From an uncultured Chloroflexia bacterium (GTDB lineage Bacteria; Chloroflexota; Anaerolineae; JAAYZQ01), in assembly GCA_963700285.1 (NCBI GenBank), contig CAVOXA010000010.1, forward strand, positions 704,001-768,000: a stretch of 64,000 nucleotides of DNA, written 5' to 3'. Position 1 is the first letter of the stretch, and every line of letters starts with the position of its first letter. Both the position numbers and the translations under genes were made by a program. The notes below the pieces were generated by a model. The model was not told the DNA's origin, made no database searches, and saw only the letters and a list, made by a program, of their open reading frames with translations. This document shows, one piece after another, positions 9,825 to 18,382 of the stretch.

Positions 9825-12134
9825 TCAGTCACTTTTTTGCTCCAGGATCAGCTCCTCTTCGCCTTCCGCGCGCAGGTCAAGCAGCCAATTGTCAAGAGTA
9901 CTGCCGGCCAGACCATCGTCGATCTTGGCTTGGATGTGCTCGTGGCCTTTGGCGCGCAGGATCTCTTGCAATTCAGTGCGACCTGCCTCGGTACTCAGAT
10001 CCAGCTCGGGCCAGCGAGCTCCGACTGCCTCTTTTGAGGTCCAGACACAGTAGCGGAAGATGCGTTCATCGCCCTTGAGCACCCGGAAAAAGTACTGGAA
10101 CCTGTCGCGGGGCTCCGGTTTGAAACCCTCGTCCGTCGTGTAGCCTTTGTACTCCCATGCCCTGCTGCGCCCTTTGCGTTCATGCCCGACCATCGCTTGG
10201 GCCTGAGCCAGGACTTCTTCAGGGTCAGCCGTCGGGCGGGCACAGAGGTTGCCCAGACAGACATAGGCAACAGGCGCCGGTTCGGCTGGATAGCCCAACC
10301 TCGCCAGCCGGCTTGGTTCCCACACCGGATCCACCGCCTGTACGGTTTTGTTGGGGGCGTAGGCGCGCTGACCCGCCCGCAGCAGCTCGGCGCGGGCTGG
10401 ATCCTCGTTCTCGCCCACTACGGTGACAAGGAGAGGGCGCCTCAGAAAACGATCCACGGCCAAAGCAAATCGCGCAGCCTCAAAGCCCATCCCGGCCCGA
10501 TAAGGTACCAGTGCTTCCAGGGTCTGCCGCGCCGACTGGCGATACTCTTCGCGGCCGGTCAGGCGGAAAAGGCGCAGATTGGCCTCGGCGGCCGAGACGT
10601 TCTCGTTGAAGGGTTTTTCCCGGCGGCGGAGCCTGCCGACTGCCTCTGGGGCGGCGATGGTGTCATAGTAACGGCCATCGTCGTCGCGAAGGGCATTGTG
10701 AATGAAGCGCACCAGAGTCTCAGCGCGCTGGAGATAGACTTCGCGCCCAAAGTGCTCGTATGCATCGAGCCAAGCTTGGGCCATTCCGACCTGATCAACC
10801 AGCAACCCGGGCACATGGGGTCGGTTATCAAAGTAGTGATACATTCCCAGGCCTTCCTGGTAGCTCCTCTGCCAGACGAACTCAAGGGCACGGATTGCCA
10901 GGTCGGCGTAGCGTGGTTCGTTGAGTACAGCGCTGGTCAGCATATAGGCTGAGGCAACAACAGCGTTGCGTTCAGTAAAGGCTGTCTTGTCCACATAGGG
11001 AGTTTTGTGTCCCGGCCTCCCCTGGGCATCCAGGGCATAGTAGCCGGAGTCGGCTTCCTGGCTGCTGTAAAAGTACCCCCTGTCACGATCCCAAAGGACG
11101 CTGTCAATGTAGCCCAGGATCCCTCGAGCCGTTTCCAGGTATGTCTGCTGGCCCGTTGCCTGGTAGGCATGCAGATAGAGGCCGAGCAGCAGGGCCTGGT
11201 CGCCGCTCATCTTTTCATAGTGGGGCACGCTCCAATCGGAAGTTGTCGAGTAACGGAAGAATCCACCATCCACCCGATCGTAGAGCTTGCCCTGGACCAT
11301 GGCGGACAGTGACTTGTATACCACATCAAGGAGTGCCTCGTCACCGGTACGATGTGCCATGGCCAGCACAAACTCCAGTACGTCTGCATGGTGGAATTTG
11401 GGGGTCGAGCCGAGGCCGCCGTGCTCTCGGTCATAGGCTTCCAGCACGGCCTGGGCGGTCGACTCGGGCAGTTCAGGGGCCAAAGCGCCAACAGGCTCAG
11501 GGCGTTTCTCCATTTCGGCGAACTGCCCGCCTGGTCTAACTGCAATGGTTGGAGCGAGAGGCTCCTCCTGACCCTCGTACCGCGCGTTGATCCTGCCCAA
11601 GGCCAACAACATCTGCTCCGTAGTCAGAAAGTTGTGTCCTTCCAGGACCTCGCCTTCGGCATTGAGAAAAGCGGCGGTTGGCCATCCACCCTTGTTGTAG
11701 CGGCTGTCAACATCGGGTCGCTTGTCAGCATCGACAAGGATGGGGATGAAGCTACCGTTGATGATCTCCACCACTTGCGGGTCGGCCAACGTGGTCTCCT
11801 CCATCAGGTGGCAGGGCTCGCACCAAGGAGCAGTGATATAGAGCAACACTGGAAGCTCCAGAGTACCAGCCAATTCAAACGATTCTTCGTCCCACTCGTA
11901 CCAGGTGATGGGCAAACGTTCCCTGGCCAGTTCCAGGTCGGGCTCAAAAAGCCGGCGATACTCAGCCTCCAGGATGGCAAAATGCTGTTGCTCCTGCTTG
12001 ACCAACATTTCGAACAGGGACCGGGTACCCTCATCAACAGCCGCCTGGGCCATACGTGTGTAGAATTCCTCCGCCTCTTTCTCCTTCTGCATCGCCAGTC
12101 GCCAGGATTCGGGAATCTCGTTCAAGGCTTTCAC
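9825..12134 (-). CDS. Fusion of a half rubrerythrin/ferritin module, a DUF255 thioredoxin-like domain and a YyaL/SPATA20-like (alpha/alpha)6 domain, plus a C-terminal extension
   Basis: EKEAEEFY...EQQH N-terminus; WCEPCHLME, DKRPDVD..Y..GGWP, GGFFRYS..DWSVPHYEKM, AYVCLGNLC. Confidence 0.85.
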   Translation of the reverse strand: MKALNEIPESWRLAMQKEKEAEEFYTRMAQAAVDEGTRSLFEMLVKQEQQHFAILEAEYRRLFEPDLELARERLPITWYEWDEESFELAGTLELPVLLYITAPWCEPCHLMEETTLADPQVVEIINGSFIPILVDADKRPDVDSRYNKGGWPTAAFLNAEGEVLEGHNFLTTEQMLLALGRINARYEGQEEPLAPTIAVRPGGQFAEMEKRPEPVGALAPELPESTAQAVLEAYDREHGGLGSTPKFHHADVLEFVLAMAHRTGDEALLDVVYKSLSAMVQGKLYDRVDGGFFRYSTTSDWSVPHYEKMSGDQALLLGLYLHAYQATGQQTYLETARGILGYIDSVLWDRDRGYFYSSQEADSGYYALDAQGRPGHKTPYVDKTAFTERNAVVASAYMLTSAVLNEPRYADLAIRALEFVWQRSYQEGLGMYHYFDNRPHVPGLLVDQVGMAQAWLDAYEHFGREVYLQRAETLVRFIHNALRDDDGRYYDTIAAPEAVGRLRRREKPFNENVSAAEANLRLFRLTGREEYRQSARQTLEALVPYRAGMGFEAARFALAVDRFLRRPLLVTVVGENEDPARAELLRAGQRAYAPNKTVQAVDPVWEPSRLARLGYPAEPAPVAYVCLGNLCARPTADPEEVLAQAQAMVGHERKGRSRAWEYKGYTTDEGFKPEPRDRFQYFFRVLKGDERIFRYCVWTSKEAVGARWPELDLSTEAGRTELQEILRAKGHEHIQAKIDDGLAGSTLDNWLLDLRAEGEEELILEQKSD

Positions 12135-12258
12135 AGGCTACTCCTTTCTACTTCCACATTGTCATCGCCCTAGGTTCTTACCAATGCGAAATGGCTCCCT
12201 TCCCTTCCTCGGGAGCTTGAGCGAGCTTTGCACCGCAACCTAGATCTCGCATCTGGAG

Positions 12259-12810
12259 TCACGGAGCACTACTGCTTTCTATCCCTTCGAAGATTCTGCC
12301 GGCCAGCTTCTCCCATTGGGTTCGCAGTTCGTCATAGTGCCGGGTCTCTTCCTGAACCAGTACTTGGTAAGCATCCCGGCCAGCAGGCTCTTTTGTTATT
12401 TGGGCTTGCAGGCCATACAGTCCGATGGCTTCTTGCTCCATCTTGATGCCGAAGGCCAAAGCCATCAGATCATCGGCGCGGCGGTCTATGATTTCTCCTA
12501 CAGATTTTTGCACAGGAAAAAGGGTTACTTTGGGTCCGCTGTCTGGGAAACTGATTGCCGTGATATCTACCTCTGTAGTGCTTGCCCGTGCTGTCTCAAG
12601 ATCGATCCAACGGCCTCGAGTCTTCAGGGCTTCGTATTCTATCAGCAACAGGCGGGTGTGCTCCTCTTCCTCCCGGGCCAGAGTTGCAAAGATGTCCTTG
12701 GCCCACAGGTCAACGCAGTAGTAGGCCGCATCGTCGTAAAACTGCTGACCGACGACTTCGTTGTAGATGGCACGTTGGAGCGCGACCAGAGCCCCCTCCA
12801 TGTCCTGCAT
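12259..12810 (-). CDS. Rubrerythrin/ferritin-family protein
   Basis: Two E...ExxH halves (NEVVGQQFY...EEEH; MEQEAIGLY...EETRH). Confidence 0.8.
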   Translation of the reverse strand: MQDMEGALVALQRAIYNEVVGQQFYDDAAYYCVDLWAKDIFATLAREEEEHTRLLLIEYEALKTRGRWIDLETARASTTEVDITAISFPDSGPKVTLFPVQKSVGEIIDRRADDLMALAFGIKMEQEAIGLYGLQAQITKEPAGRDAYQVLVQEETRHYDELRTQWEKLAGRIFEGIESSSAP

Positions 12811-12993
12811 AACTTCAACCCTCCTTGCCCTCGTCTCCCAAGCTTACTGGCCTCATCACAATAGTACCAGTGCCATTGTTTAATACCAGGCTTGGAACGC
12901 TCTTCTTCTCGATCGGGCATGGTCCGTGATATGGCCAATTCCTGCGCAGCAGGATGCGGCGGCCTTCTGGAGGGTGAGTCCTGATCTAGAACA

Positions 12994-13025
12994 AGCAGGG
13001 AGCAGGTCCTGATGTGCTCCCTGCT
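12994..13025 (-). terminator. Stem-loop downstream of the crp-like gene
   Basis: AGCAGGGAGCA-N10-TGCTCCCTGCT inverted repeat. Confidence 0.45.
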
Positions 13026-13115
13026 CCCTTCTGTCACCAAGTCGGATTGCTCGCTTGCACGATCTCCACCCTCTGCAGAGTATAGCACAGAATCGCTACG
13101 CGAGGAAGAACAGAA

Positions 13116-13778
13116 TTACAGGATCCCTCCAGCCTCTAACTGCAAACCCTCTCGGTCCAGCAATGTCAACTGCCTGCGGCCGGAGGCAACCAATCCCCGT
13201 CGCCTAAAGTCTTGAAGCGTCTTGCTGATCGTCTCGCGCCAGGTACCAAGCATGTCAGCCAACTCCTGGTGAGTGACGCGGACGATGCCTAGGCTATCAT
13301 CTTCTCCTAGCTCCAACAGAAGCGCCGCAAGGCGCGAGGCAATGGTGCTGTACGCCATCTGCTCCAGCCGGTTCTCAGCCTCCACAACCCGCTGGCCAAT
13401 GGCCTGCATCAAACCGAATCCAAACATGGCTTCGGTGGACGACAACTCCATGGCCTGTTGGGCAGGCATGACCCACACTGTCCCTGATTCCAGGGCGACC
13501 GCGCGGGTGTCAGGCCCCTGCCCGCCCAGCAGTGATGCCTCGCCGAACATGGAACCAGGTCCCAGCGTGGCAATCACGAAACGGCGGCCATCCTGCGAGG
13601 TACGGTAGAGCTGCACACGTCCACTGGCTACCAGAAACAGGGAACCGACCATTTCATCGCCCTCACACACGGTCTCTCCCGCCCGGAAAGAGCGAACCAT
13701 GAACGAGTCACCCACGGTCTCGTTCTGTTGGGCCAATTGGTCGAATATCGTTGTTGCGTTTCTATCTTCAAGATCCAT
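13116..13778 (-). CDS. Crp/Fnr family transcriptional regulator
   Basis: LGPGSMFGE beta-barrel motif; HTH THQELADMLGTWRETISK. Confidence 0.9.
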   Translation of the reverse strand: MDLEDRNATTIFDQLAQQNETVGDSFMVRSFRAGETVCEGDEMVGSLFLVASGRVQLYRTSQDGRRFVIATLGPGSMFGEASLLGGQGPDTRAVALESGTVWVMPAQQAMELSSTEAMFGFGLMQAIGQRVVEAENRLEQMAYSTIASRLAALLLELGEDDSLGIVRVTHQELADMLGTWRETISKTLQDFRRRGLVASGRRQLTLLDREGLQLEAGGIL

Positions 13779-13875
13779 TTAACACTCCCCCAGTACATAC
13801 TATCGCGGCCGGCCGGGGGACTTCTTTGTCACCGCACTTTTACCGACTCGATGTTCGAGATGGCACGCTACACCT

Positions 13876-14076
13876 TCAGTTTGATGCCTCCAGTTTCTTT
13901 TCTAGCTTTTCGTATTCGCCTTCCAAGAACTGGGCATGGAAAGCCTCTTCGTCCCTCAACCTCTCGAAAAACTTTTTCAGATCCTTGTCCTCGGCCAAAT
14001 CCATGGCCAATTGGTACTTGGCCCGTGCTGCGTGTTCCTCCATAGCCATGATCTTTAGAAAGCTGAGCCAGTCCAT
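13876..14076 (-). CDS. Small (66 aa) half-ferritin/rubrerythrin-like protein
   Basis: MEEHAARAKY...DEEAFH single helix pair; GGAGGG SD upstream. Confidence 0.8.
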   Translation of the reverse strand: MDWLSFLKIMAMEEHAARAKYQLAMDLAEDKDLKKFFERLRDEEAFHAQFLEGEYEKLEKKLEASN

Positions 14077-14139
14077 TCTTACCCTCCCTGTGATTGAGTT
14101 GCCGTGCCTGTTCCATGCTCTTTGTGATTTGTATGCCCT

Positions 14140-14550
14140 CTAGTCTGCCACACGAATGGGAATACGCCTGGGCTTGACCTCTTCGATCTTGGGCATGGTC
14201 ACCATCAAAACTCCATTGGTAATGGCGGCCTCGATCCGGTTGCGGTCGATCATCTCTGGCAGTCCAAAATGACGATGATAGTGACCCACATCGTACTCTC
14301 TATAGAGGACATAATCGTCCTCGTCCTCGCCATGGCCGACGTGTCCCGTTACTACGAGTTCGCCTTCGACGATATTCACGTGGACGCAGTCGAGACGCAC
14401 CCCAGGCATGTCCATTACAAGCAGTACCTTCTCCGGTGTTTCGTAGACGTCGGTTGCCGGTACGAACCAATTACCGCTGCGCAACTCCTGGTGAACGCTA
14501 GTGTCCACTTTATGCTTTTCTGTGATTTCAAGTTCCTTGCTCTCCGCCAT
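14140..14550 (-). CDS. Hsp20/alpha-crystallin small heat-shock protein
   Basis: PATDVYET...DMPGV...NGVLMVTMPK...PRRIPI. Confidence 0.9.
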   Translation of the reverse strand: MAESKELEITEKHKVDTSVHQELRSGNWFVPATDVYETPEKVLLVMDMPGVRLDCVHVNIVEGELVVTGHVGHGEDEDDYVLYREYDVGHYHRHFGLPEMIDRNRIEAAITNGVLMVTMPKIEEVKPRRIPIRVAD

Positions 14551-14571
14551 GTTGTGTCTCTCCCCCGTCTG

Positions 14572-15024
14572 TTAGCCTTCAGATACCTTGACGCGGATTT
14601 CTTTTGGCTTGGCTACTCCCTTGAGGGGCAATGACACTGCCAATACCCCGGCGATATAGGTAGCCTCGGCTTGGTTTCCATCCACCTCAGCCGGGAGCCG
14701 GATAGCTCGGCTAAAGCTCCCGCTTTCCCGCTCTCGCCGGTGATACCATCCGTTTTCCAACCCTTCGCCCGTTGAGCGTGTGCCCTGTACTGTGAGCGTA
14801 TCGCCAGATACGCTGATATTAAAATCCTCCAAGTCCATACCTGGTACCTCAGCCCGCACGATCAATTTGCCTTCGGTAGTCGAGATGATGACACTGGGGA
14901 AAATGCGTGCTCCCCGTCGTGCAACCGGGCGGCGGACTCTTTGCCTCAAGTGGTCCATCTCTCTCTGAAGCCGGACCAGATCCTGTCCGGGATCCCAGTC
15001 TCCTTGACTGACAACATTGGCCAT
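14572..15024 (-). CDS. Hsp20/alpha-crystallin small heat-shock protein
   Basis: AEVPGM...RRERESGSFSRAIRLP...GVLAVSLP...PKEIRV. Confidence 0.9.
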   Translation of the reverse strand: MANVVSQGDWDPGQDLVRLQREMDHLRQRVRRPVARRGARIFPSVIISTTEGKLIVRAEVPGMDLEDFNISVSGDTLTVQGTRSTGEGLENGWYHRRERESGSFSRAIRLPAEVDGNQAEATYIAGVLAVSLPLKGVAKPKEIRVKVSEG

Positions 15025-15093
15025 TGTTCAGCCCTTCCTCCTTGTGCAATCTCTGCGCGGCCCAATCTGCCGACCAGAATAGAATCAGCCCTA

Positions 15094-15148
15094 ATTATAC
15101 CCTAGTTTTGTTAGAATAACCTTAAGAAAGCCTAAACAGAACGTTAAA
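15094..15148 (-). promoter_or_regulatory. hsp20 promoter (-10 TATAAT) with ~11-bp-periodic TTAA-like direct repeats upstream
   Basis: ATTATA at 15094-15099 on +; TTAG/TTAA/CTAA/TTAA at 15111, 15122, 15132 and 15144. Confidence 0.45.
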
Positions 15149-15154
15149 AATCCA

Positions 15155-16396
15155 TTAGGGTTTTGTAATATCCATCACTGTAGAGCGCGGCGCTTGGAAT
15201 GTTGATGGTTTTGTGATCTCGTTCAAAAGAACCGTGGCATAACAACCCGGCAGCAGCCAGAATCGGAGCATCAAACCATCGTCATACCACAGCTCCGGAT
15301 CGTGGATCTTGAAACGCAGCGCTCTGCGCTGGCCCTTGACCTTGATGCCACCGTCAGCTCGGAAATCCTCTAGCGTCAACCCCTCGGCAGCCAAGATATC
15401 CGCCTCGAGGTCTCCCTGCTGCCCAAGCGGTTGGATCATTTTATAGCCAAAGATTGGGCCAGTCGGGCTGATCTCAAAGCGCGCTGCGCGGGGCTGCTCA
15501 GCGATCTCATCCTCTACCCGAAAGACTGACCGCCCGGGGTGCTTTATGGCCAGATCACCAGCATGGACACGATCCAAAGTTTGCAGTCGGGAATCGAGGA
15601 CTTGGTTGAACAATGCTGATTGATAGGCAGACAGCAAAAAGACCTTGAACCGCTTGGGCACCGCTGCATAGGCCCGATCATAGTCGCCTCGAGTGCGGAT
15701 CAATGCGCACAGCGTTCTGCGCTCGTCTGCCATGCTATAAGGCAGCAGGCGCAGTGCCTCCTCCCACTGATCCGCATCGAATCGGGACCGCGCGGCCTGC
15801 ACCGCCTCGCTCTCGCCGCGGTGAGGGACGCCCAAGAAGCTCTTAACAAAGCCCCGAGCGTCGCGCCTGACCACTGCCTTTCCAAGCTGGGCTGAATTGC
15901 CCCGTTGCCCGAAGCGCTGTGAACCGTAGCGATTGGGTACTCCCCGCTGGACCAGTACATCCAAGATGGCCTGGCATGGAACCAGCGCTGATCGGGCTAC
16001 CCCACGAATGCGAATGGTGAAATGGTTTCCACGCAGGTGCCCGATCTTGAGTTTGCTGTTGTGTCGCTTCGCCCACACTACGTCGATATTCGACAGGTCC
16101 AGCGCTGTCACAACTTCGGGAGGCACGCCGTGTACCGACAAGACCTGGTAGGTAGTGGCCCGCGCATCTTTGAGCCCAGCGTAGCCGATGTGGTTTGGTG
16201 GCACACCTAATGCCTGGGCAATCACCCGGAGTGCCTGGAAGGTGGAGACGCCGGTCTTTCTGATCTCAAAGAAGGTATGTTCCCCCTTGCCGCTTGGCGG
16301 ATACAGGGGCAGCTCTTCCACCCGAAAGTCTTCCACTTGTTCCTTGATTGTCCCGCCAATACCAGGCAGATCGTCAGTCACGTATCGCTCTGTCAA
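15155..16396 (-). CDS. truD: tRNA pseudouridine(13) synthase TruD
   Basis: EDFRVEE, GYAGLKDARA, GHLRGNHF, PNRYGSQRFG, SAYQSALFN; probable TTG start at 16396. Confidence 0.92.
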   Translation of the reverse strand: MTERYVTDDLPGIGGTIKEQVEDFRVEELPLYPPSGKGEHTFFEIRKTGVSTFQALRVIAQALGVPPNHIGYAGLKDARATTYQVLSVHGVPPEVVTALDLSNIDVVWAKRHNSKLKIGHLRGNHFTIRIRGVARSALVPCQAILDVLVQRGVPNRYGSQRFGQRGNSAQLGKAVVRRDARGFVKSFLGVPHRGESEAVQAARSRFDADQWEEALRLLPYSMADERRTLCALIRTRGDYDRAYAAVPKRFKVFLLSAYQSALFNQVLDSRLQTLDRVHAGDLAIKHPGRSVFRVEDEIAEQPRAARFEISPTGPIFGYKMIQPLGQQGDLEADILAAEGLTLEDFRADGGIKVKGQRRALRFKIHDPELWYDDGLMLRFWLLPGCYATVLLNEITKPSTFQAPRSTVMDITKP

Positions 16397-16536
16397 GTGC
16401 GCCCCGCCAATTCCTGACCAGGTAACCGCTATGGCCGCCTCCCAGATTTCATTGCCTATTCGATTATACAGCAGGAGTTCGAAAAAGGGAAAGGCCATGT
16501 GCCAATTTGCTAGACCTTCCCATAAGCAGGGTCCGT

Positions 16537-16565
16537 TTGCTGTTTGACCCTTTTTGCGGTATAAT
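16537..16565 (+). promoter_or_regulatory. Probable recA sigma70 promoter
   Basis: TTGCTG-17 nt-TATAAT. Confidence 0.5.
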
Positions 16566-16697
16566 GTGCGAGTATAGGTCGCTTACGGAAAGTTGCGCTG
16601 TATCGCGATGGATCTACTGCCGTGCTTTACCATAGCCCTTGGGCCAGAGTTGGCTCTTTGGAACTGAGCGTTGACAATCGACTTTTGGAGAACATGA

Positions 16698-17738
16698 ATG
16701 GCTGGAACCGGAAAGACCAAAGCGCTGGAGACTACATTAGCTACCATTCAGAAGCGATATGGCGAAGGCGCGATCATGCGGCTGGGGCAAGCCACACACC
16801 TGCAAATAGAGACCATCCCCACCGGATCCCTGGCACTGGACCTGGCCTTGGGTGTGGGTGGCGTCCCGCGGGGCCGCGTCACCGAGATCTATGGTCCTGA
16901 AGGTTCGGGCAAGACTACGGTCTGCCAGCACATTGTGGCGGAAGCGCAGCGTATGGGGGGCGTGGCGGCATTCATCGACATGGAACATGCGCTGGACCCA
17001 CTGTATGCGGCCAAGTGCGGTGTGGATGTGGATGAGCTGTACATCTCGCAGCCAGACACAGGCGAGCAAGCCCTGGAGATAGCGGAAGCTCTGGTACGAA
17101 GCGGGGCCGTGGACGTCATAATCGTGGACTCGGTTGCAGCCCTGGTACCTCGAGCCGAGATCGAAGGGGACATGGGGGACAGCCACCCCGGGTTGCAAGC
17201 ACGGTTGATGAGCCAGGCGCTGCGAAAGCTGAGCGGGGCGATCAAGGCCAGCAATACGGCAATGGTGTTCACCAACCAGCTTCGGCACAAGATTGGCGTG
17301 ATGTTTGGCAGTCCGGAGACGACGTCGGGCGGGATGGCGCTCAAGTTCTACGCATCGGTACGGTTGGACATCCGTCGGGTCCAGGCCATCAAGGAAGGTG
17401 GAGAGGTGACGGGCAATCGGACGCGGGTGCGTGTCAAGAAGAACAAGGTAGCGCCGCCATTCCGAGAGTGCGAGTTTGACATCATGTACGCTGAGGGGAT
17501 CAGCAAAGAAGGGGATGTGCTAGACCTGGGGGTGGAACTGGATCTGATAGAGAAACGGGGTTCGTTCTACTCGTACAAAGAGGAGAGGCTGGCGCAGGGG
17601 CGAGAGAATGCCAAGCAGGTACTGCGGGAGAATCCGCGCCAGTGCATTGAGATTGAGAACGCCATCCGCCGCGAGTCAGGTTTGAAAGAAGTCCCTGTCC
17701 CCATTGGTACGGGCGACATGGAGGAGGAACAGGAATAG
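16698..17738 (+). CDS. recA: Recombinase RecA
   Basis: [46 protein letters not shown]; acidic C-terminal tail. Confidence 0.99.
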   Translation: MAGTGKTKALETTLATIQKRYGEGAIMRLGQATHLQIETIPTGSLALDLALGVGGVPRGRVTEIYGPEGSGKTTVCQHIVAEAQRMGGVAAFIDMEHALDPLYAAKCGVDVDELYISQPDTGEQALEIAEALVRSGAVDVIIVDSVAALVPRAEIEGDMGDSHPGLQARLMSQALRKLSGAIKASNTAMVFTNQLRHKIGVMFGSPETTSGGMALKFYASVRLDIRRVQAIKEGGEVTGNRTRVRVKKNKVAPPFRECEFDIMYAEGISKEGDVLDLGVELDLIEKRGSFYSYKEERLAQGRENAKQVLRENPRQCIEIENAIRRESGLKEVPVPIGTGDMEEEQE

Positions 17739-18294
17739 GCTCTCTGGCTCCAGATGAAGCCAGAGAAGGGAATTGTTGCGGTTCTTCAGGCCGGGGTTGT
17801 TCACAAGTGAATAGCAAGCTGAGATGCTTGATAGTCGCTAGCATTGGACTGCATCACAGCCGTAGAGTAAGCCAGAAAAGGTACGCCGAAAGAGAGTCCG
17901 GGTTCTGGGACCTGCTTGTCCGAGTTCTGGTGGTACTCCAACGCTCTCAATGGGGGTGCGCAGCGCGCACCCAAACAGCACAGGGCGAGGCCACAAGAGC
18001 TTTGATTCTCTTCATGTACATGAGTGCCAGTTGAAACGGAGTTTAGTGATAAAGTGGAGACAGGGTCAAAGAAGCTGGCAGCTATACAATGTGGTGTTTC
18101 ATGTGCTCCACCGAAACTCCATGGTTATGGCAGAAAGCCAGAGAACCCCTGGGTTGAGTTTAGGGAGAATGTCTGCAGCGTCTAGTTAGTAAAGGGGATG
18201 GCTAGCACCTACTTGTCTAATTCCACTCTCCGCTTGATAACTGGTTAGCACTCCAAATCGGCTTGGGCCGGGAGTTACTCGGCTACTCTATTCC
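17732..18294 (+). ncRNA. Putative large (~560 nt) highly structured non-coding RNA of unassigned family
   Basis: No credible ORF; six nested long-range helices, a pseudoknot-capable domain and several local hairpins found by hand; downstream terminator whose G-U pairs work on the + strand. Confidence 0.6.
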
Positions 18295-18321
18295 GCGGGA
18301 TAACATCCCTGATGGGCATTT

Positions 18322-18362
18322 GCGGCTGTGGTGAAAGCGTTCACCATGGCCGTTTTGTGTTT
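18322..18362 (+). terminator. Intrinsic terminator just upstream of recX
   Basis: GCGGCTGTGGTGAA-AGCG-TTCACCATGGCCGT (14 bp including G-U) followed by TTTGTGTTT. Confidence 0.65.
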
Positions 18363-18382
18363 CCCGAGTATTGTGTGGTGAC

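Noticed and set aside
16570-16697. LexA (SOS) box upstream of recA
   Set aside because: No GAAC-N4-GTTC or other clear palindrome was found.
17807-18189. Short ORFs (75 aa and 79 aa) in the recA-recX gap as proteins
   Set aside because: Non-ATG starts, no SD, no recognisable motifs; the region is better explained by RNA base pairing.
18245-18275. CIRCE element (TTAGCACTC)
   Set aside because: Only the left arm is present; there is no GAGTGCTAA 9 nt downstream.
17739-18360. RNase P RNA, tmRNA, SRP RNA or a group I/II intron as the identity of the gap
   Set aside because: No GAGGAAAGUCC, no tRNA-like ends, no SRP loop, no ordered P7 or domain V elements; recA is complete with a normal acidic tail.
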